DNA of 64,000 nucleotides. Origin: Thermoplasmata archaeon. GTDB lineage: Archaea; Thermoplasmatota; Thermoplasmata; RBG-16-68-12; JAFNFQ01. Positions 59,872-64,000 of this stretch are shown here, piece after piece (within the stretch, counting starts at the first letter, position 1; every line of letters begins with the position of its first letter). Below the pieces are notes generated by a model. It did not search any database. It saw nothing but the letters and a program-made list of their open reading frames with translations, and was not told where the DNA came from. A program made the position numbers and the translations under genes. The stretch is from positions 34,362-98,361 of the forward strand of contig JBGPQV010000007.1 of the NCBI GenBank assembly GCA_041489255.1, given 5' to 3'.

Positions 59872-59907
59872 TGGCGAGACTGCCTGCTTCCTCTCTCAAT
59901 ATCAGCC

Positions 59908-60010
59908 CTAACCGTCAATCACGATGACGACGAGTGACTCAATCACACCGCCATCGTCGTCTCTCACTGTGAGCTTGAGGCCGATGAAGAAGTCCGTGTC
60001 TCCGATTATT
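59908..60010 (-). pseudogene. Chimeric relic: VapC/PIN N-terminus fused to the final strand of a PKD-type surface protein
   Basis: IIGDTDFFIGL then KLTVRDDDGGVIESLVVIVIDG*, compare IRLIVTDDDGGSVDLLLPISIG* at 21121. Confidence 0.6.
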
Positions 60011-60245
60011 GGCGGCGCTGACTTTGTCTCCGCCTTGCTTTCTGATCGAGGTCCCGGCGGAGCGTCTTCACGTCCCGCGAGATGGCGTCTCCCTGTTCCG
60101 GCGTCAGGACTCCGGCCAGCTCGAGCGTCGGCGTCCCGCCAAAGACGCGGTTGATGACGTCGGTGAAGGACTCCCCCTTCTGCTTGTGCTTCATCAGCTT
60201 CTCGTGGGCTTCCACGGTTATGGTGATTGTCTTGACCGCCATCAT
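60006..60245 (-). CDS. Archaeal VapB-type antitoxin (DUF217-like)
   Basis: KTITITVEAHEKL..K.KGESFTDVINR. Confidence 0.82.
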   Translation of the reverse strand: MMAVKTITITVEAHEKLMKHKQKGESFTDVINRVFGGTPTLELAGVLTPEQGDAISRDVKTLRRDLDQKARRRQSQRRQ

Positions 60246-60419
60246 CTAAGTGTATGTGCACTTACTTGCATAAATCTTGCGCCTCCGAGGAGGTTGTCAA
60301 GAAGTTAGGGATATTTGGCTGCGGAGCGGACCTGTCGTGTCTTGTCTTCCCCATAAGCCAGATGCCGTTAGCCTTCTTTCCCGGGCATTTCATCCCTAAG
60401 AATTTGACAACGCCGCCTC

Positions 60420-60622
60420 CGAGACCTCGGATGATGACCAGGATTGAGGCCGCGCTGGCACCGCCATCGTCGTCCATCACCGTGATCTTCATTTCGTAAC
60501 TTCCAACTGAGGAGAAATGGTAGACTTGCGAGTCCGCCGCGGTGAACGGGAAGATGCCGCCAGGACTGGGGTATGGGTCAGGTCCGATCCTGTCGTTGTA
60601 GTACGTCGTGGCGGTGGCGGGA
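60420..60622 (-). pseudogene. Orphan PKD-module 3' fragment
   Basis: PATATTYYNDRIGPDPYPSPGGIFPFTAAD..SYEMKITVMDDDGG, homologous to the repeats at 19.5-21.1 kb. Confidence 0.8.
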
Positions 60623-61543
60623 GGAAGTCTCGCTGTCCGCTGGGGTCCAGAGGGCGGGGAATAAATCTACAGCACCGAGCATCACAAGGTCGCGATGACG
60701 CAATCTTTTGCCGGCTCTTTGCGCTTTCTTGACGCCGTATGTCCACGCGTAAGCCCAACATCCCGCACCACCACCAAACCGCCTTAAATCGAATGCAGAG
60801 GCAAGAGTGTCTGAGTCCCCTTTCAGATAGCGTATGAGCACCATCCTGATGGTCCGCGGCCATGGGAACCATAGGCGAATCGGCTTGTTCAATTCCGCCA
60901 ACCATTCCTCCTTCCACTCTTGGTCTATCGGCGGATGGACCTTGGCGAGAATCCTGACCTTGCGTCGAGAGAACTCGACCGCACAATGGTCGACATCGAT
61001 GTCCATCCAAACGGACCTTCCGATCAGTTCCTCATCGGTCGCGCTCTTCGGGGGTATCAACTTGACCTTTCTCGGATTTTCGAAATTTATGAAGCCTTTC
61101 TTCCTCGCCTCAGAGTACACATCGTCGACGCTGATCGCAGCCGTGAACTCTCCGAACAATTCTTTAAACTTCGCCTTCTTTCGCTCATGGTCAGAGAGCA
61201 CCGCCTCCCACGTCGCTGGCGTGATATCGACATATCGCTTGTTTGCCTGCGGATCGATGAAATTCCCGCCACTGTCACTCATCAATGCAGCCAGAGCACG
61301 ATGCAGCACGTCCATGGCGGCTGGCGGATTGCACAATGCGATTCTGAAGAGGACGCAGTCCAGCGAAGCACCGTATTCGATGTCTATCCAGTGATCTTGG
61401 CCTTTCATGATCCAGTTTGAGATGTCTGTTGGATCCCTCCGCACGGCCCCCAGTTCTACAAGGATGGCCGGGGCACGCTTCGCTTTACCCTTCCTAGGTA
61501 GATAGATGTAGTCCGCATATTCAGCCGCATATACAACGCCCAT
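60578..61543 (-). CDS. Hypothetical protein (C-terminus runs into a PKD relic)
   Basis: ATG with GGTGA upstream; 321-aa ORF; no family recognised. Confidence 0.55.
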   Translation of the reverse strand: MGVVYAAEYADYIYLPRKGKAKRAPAILVELGAVRRDPTDISNWIMKGQDHWIDIEYGASLDCVLFRIALCNPPAAMDVLHRALAALMSDSGGNFIDPQANKRYVDITPATWEAVLSDHERKKAKFKELFGEFTAAISVDDVYSEARKKGFINFENPRKVKLIPPKSATDEELIGRSVWMDIDVDHCAVEFSRRKVRILAKVHPPIDQEWKEEWLAELNKPIRLWFPWPRTIRMVLIRYLKGDSDTLASAFDLRRFGGGAGCWAYAWTYGVKKAQRAGKRLRHRDLVMLGAVDLFPALWTPADSETSSRHRHDVLQRQDRT

Positions 61544-61547
61544 TCGT

Positions 61548-62087
61548 TCACCTCCTTTCTTTGACGATGTATGCCACGCCGACCGCGAACATGATGGAGG
61601 AGGTTACAACCGCCACCGCCAGGAGCGCGATACGCAGGTAGACGACTTCGGGCGGCCCTCCCGGTCCAATCATGTAGCCGACGACAACTGTAGATCCGGC
61701 CGGCGAAGCCACGCCATAATCGGTATTGTCAATCACCGCGTGATGCGATCCCTTGGAAAAGTACGGGGACTCCGAGACCGATTTAGTATTCTCGTAGACG
61801 AAGCCCCTGTCCAAGACAGCCAGACCCGCCTGGTACCGGGCGTAGTCCTCGTCTGATAGAATGTAGATGTCCACGGCCGGCCCCGATTTCACCGCGAAAT
61901 CGTAGCTGACTTCGTTGTTCTCGAACCAGACAGTGAATGGGACATCAAGGAAACTCCCCGGCTGGATCTCCTCTTCGCCCTGGAGGGTGCTCCCGTCATC
62001 CCCGCTTCCCAAATAGACGAGGCACGCTGTGACAGGCAGCGCGGCGGCTATGAAGATGACGATTCCAATCTTGATGCTACGATTCAC
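61548..62087 (-). CDS. Membrane protein with N- and C-terminal TM and a beta-sandwich (GOLD/emp24-like) domain
   Basis: VDIYILSDEDY..G.HHAVIDNT pattern; GGAAGG upstream of the GTG. Confidence 0.6.
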   Translation of the reverse strand: MNRSIKIGIVIFIAAALPVTACLVYLGSGDDGSTLQGEEEIQPGSFLDVPFTVWFENNEVSYDFAVKSGPAVDIYILSDEDYARYQAGLAVLDRGFVYENTKSVSESPYFSKGSHHAVIDNTDYGVASPAGSTVVVGYMIGPGGPPEVVYLRIALLAVAVVTSSIMFAVGVAYIVKERR

Positions 62088-62148
62088 CGAGCCTTCCTCC
62101 TGCCTTGCCCACGGTCAATCATATCTGAATTCACATTATAGACCTGCC

Positions 62149-62303
62149 GGCGGTGGCGGTGAATGGGGATGTGCCGCCATGACTGGGGTATGGGTCCGGT
62201 CCGGCTCCGTCGTTGAAGTAGGTCTTGGCGGTGGCAGAGGTACCGTCTCCCCAATCCCATGTGAACGTGATGTCGTCGCTACCCGGGTCGGTGGCGGTGG
62301 GGC
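62149..62303 (-). pseudogene. Orphan PKD-module fragment
   Basis: PTATDPGSDDITFTWDWGDGTSATAKTYFNDGAGPDPYPSHGGTSPFTATA. Confidence 0.8.
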
Positions 62304-62382
62304 TGTCCGGGCTTGGGATTCCCAATGATTCCGTCCAAGCGATTGGGATGTATGCCGCCATGATGTCGCCGAGCGCCCGATG

Positions 62383-62814
62383 TCAGGCGCCCGAATCCGT
62401 ATATCGACTGCGCTCAGGGAGTCTCGAAAGAACCCATCTGCGGAACCGGTCTGCGTTCCGCATGGCAGATTCCGCTTCGCTCTGTCCTGGAAGCTTATCC
62501 TCGTACTCCGCTAGGTTCTTGACCTCAAGCAGCGAGAGAAGGTGTCTCATGTTGAGGTCGAGTTCTTTCCGGGCAATCCCCAGAGCGGCTAGGAGCCTCA
62601 TGACCTCGTCGTGGTCCTGCGCGGTCGACCTCTCGCCCGCATAGAACACTATCAGTGCATCTGCCATGCTGATGCCAGAATGCACGGCGTTGGACACGAC
62701 TGCTGTCCAATCCCCGCGCTTCGCCGCCTCCGTTGCGGAGCGATAGAACTCGTCGGACTTCCTGAGGTAGTTGGAATACTTCTCCTTGCCAACTCGTCGG
62801 GTCCTAGCCCCCAC
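62383..62814 (-). CDS. HEPN domain protein
   Basis: YLRKSDEF..A..NAVHSGISMADAL..QDHDE..KNLAEY. Confidence 0.8.
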   Translation of the reverse strand: MGARTRRVGKEKYSNYLRKSDEFYRSATEAAKRGDWTAVVSNAVHSGISMADALIVFYAGERSTAQDHDEVMRLLAALGIARKELDLNMRHLLSLLEVKNLAEYEDKLPGQSEAESAMRNADRFRRWVLSRLPERSRYTDSGA

Positions 62815-63385
62815 TCCGCATCACCTCGTCAAGAGGCTTCCCGGCAATGACCAGTCCCTCATCGCGCGCAGCCCTGATGAAAGGGGCATTCCTCTTCATT
62901 CCGAGCTCCTTCGGGGTGATGACTTTGGCGGAGAGTCGAAGGCTATATCTCCTCAGGAAGCGCGCCCCCAGACTGTGGGCACTATCTTCGGATGATCCGA
63001 CATCCAGCGAGACCACAAGTACGTCGATGTCACTCTTAGGATTCGCGGTCCCTTTCGCGTAGCTCCCGAAGAGGATGATGGAAATCACCTCCTCGCCGAA
63101 AGCCGTTCTCAATTCACTCACCAGACCGTCGTGCACTCGACGCTCCCTGAGGAACAGATTCTGAAGGGTGCTGAATAGGTAGGACTCCCGGTTCGTCCGA
63201 TAGAGGTGGGCACGTCCGACCGATCTGCGGACAGCCAATCCGCTCGCAACGAAGACCCTCATCGCTTCCTGGACCGAGGAGTGACTCACGCCGAGGAGAC
63301 GCGCGAGTTCGCGGCCCGTGAGCTCCTTTTCGGGAAGGTCTGTCAGCAGTCTTGCTATCTTCATTTTGACTGGGGAGCTCAGCAC
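62804..63385 (-). CDS. HTH plus nucleotidyltransferase (MNT) protein
   Basis: TGRELARLLGVSHS HTH; ILFGSYAKG..SDIDVLVV; start uncertain. Confidence 0.85.
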   Translation of the reverse strand: MLSSPVKMKIARLLTDLPEKELTGRELARLLGVSHSSVQEAMRVFVASGLAVRRSVGRAHLYRTNRESYLFSTLQNLFLRERRVHDGLVSELRTAFGEEVISIILFGSYAKGTANPKSDIDVLVVSLDVGSSEDSAHSLGARFLRRYSLRLSAKVITPKELGMKRNAPFIRAARDEGLVIAGKPLDEVMRSGG

Positions 63386-63494
63386 TTCCTGAAGCCTGTT
63401 CGTCAGCGGGTCCTCATTGCGTCTTGCCGTGTGGACGGATCTCCTGCCATATGGACAGTATCCCGTCCACTAATAAAACTGCTTGTTGGATGGA

Positions 63495-63754
63495 ATGTGT
63501 CGATGAGATGAATGGTCTCAGTTGTCCCACCATCGTCTTCCCTCACCATTAGCCTAAGGTCATACACACCCGCCATCGCGTGGGCATTCGTCTCGACATC
63601 GGTGGCGGTGAAAGGGAAAGTGCCGGCTGTGCTTGGGTACGGATCCGTCCCGATGCCATCATTGTAGTATGTCCTGGCGGTGGCGGGAGTCCCGTCTCCC
63701 CATTCGCAGGTGAACGTGAGGTCGTCGCTGCCCGGGTCCGTGGCGGTGGCGGGC
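63495..63754 (-). pseudogene. Orphan terminal PKD-module fragment
   Basis: PATATDPGSDDLTFTCEWGDGTPATARTYYNDGIGTDPYPS..YDLRLMVREDDGG. Confidence 0.8.
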
Positions 63755-63874
63755 GCAAGGCGGCTATTGGCTGCAGATATCGAGTCAACATCAGTCCGAG
63801 AAGCCGACTTGCCAAGAAAGCGGGGTGCGTTCGATTGCGGTCGATCCTCGGCTCCTCTCTCGGCAGTCGAAGCG

Positions 63875-63980
63875 ACTTTCGGACAGTCCGATCCCGTCTT
63901 CGGACAATCCTCTCCCAACTCCGGGCAATTCTCCCCCGCCACCGCACAGTCCGCCCCCGCCGGGGGACAACTGTCCGATG
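63875..63980. repeat. Degenerate 21-bp periodic repeat tract (inverted relative to the 7.2-7.65 kb tract)
   Basis: GGACA/GGGCA/GCACA at 63881, 63902, 63923, 63944, 63965. Confidence 0.75.
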
Positions 63981-64000
63981 CTCCGCTCAATTGCGTGCCG

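Noticed and set aside
41756-63754. Classical integron, prophage, IS element or diversity-generating retroelement
   Set aside because: No tyrosine recombinase, transposase, capsid or reverse transcriptase ORF; no attC-like palindromes or adenine-specific TR/VR pair seen
1-64000. tRNA or rRNA genes
   Set aside because: No cloverleaf with a T-loop GTTCRA in proper context and no rRNA-like conserved segments recognised by eye; tRNAscan-SE would be decisive

Overview
High-GC archaeal DNA. The gene content (A/V-type ATP synthase operon H-I-K-E-C-F-A-B-D, archaeosortase, TrpB2, BRE/TATA promoters, SBBP/CARDB/PKD surface proteins) fits a Thermoplasmata-like lineage, but this is inference. Positions 1-41.7 kb hold core and metabolic genes (cysS-like, mce, methylmalonyl-CoA mutase, ABC transporter, subtilase, trpB2, two ZIP transporters, pyrF, ATP synthase) mixed with secreted proteins. 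Two regions stand out. (1) Two tandem Rab/Ras-like small GTPases lie directly upstream of a 1545-aa single-pass surface protein with cadherin-like repeats and a cytoplasmic longin/roadblock-like tail, a candidate transmembrane receptor-GTPase signalling module. (2) A 41.7-64 kb hypervariable island has three giant mosaic surface proteins sharing a conserved 3-TM C-terminal anchor. Orphan 3' fragments of such genes (anchor and PKD relics) alternate with toxin-antitoxin cargo (three HEPN-MNT pairs, a nucleotidyltransferase pair, and solo HicB and VapB whose toxins are cut off). Also seen: three dispersed 21-bp-periodic repeat tracts sharing the 10-mer GGACAACTGT, a decayed copy of the pyrF 3' end, DtxR-like boxes upstream of both ZIP genes, an in-frame TGA in one surface gene, and several small ORFs missing from the ORF track. 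No rRNA, tRNA, CRISPR array, integrase or transposase was recognised.
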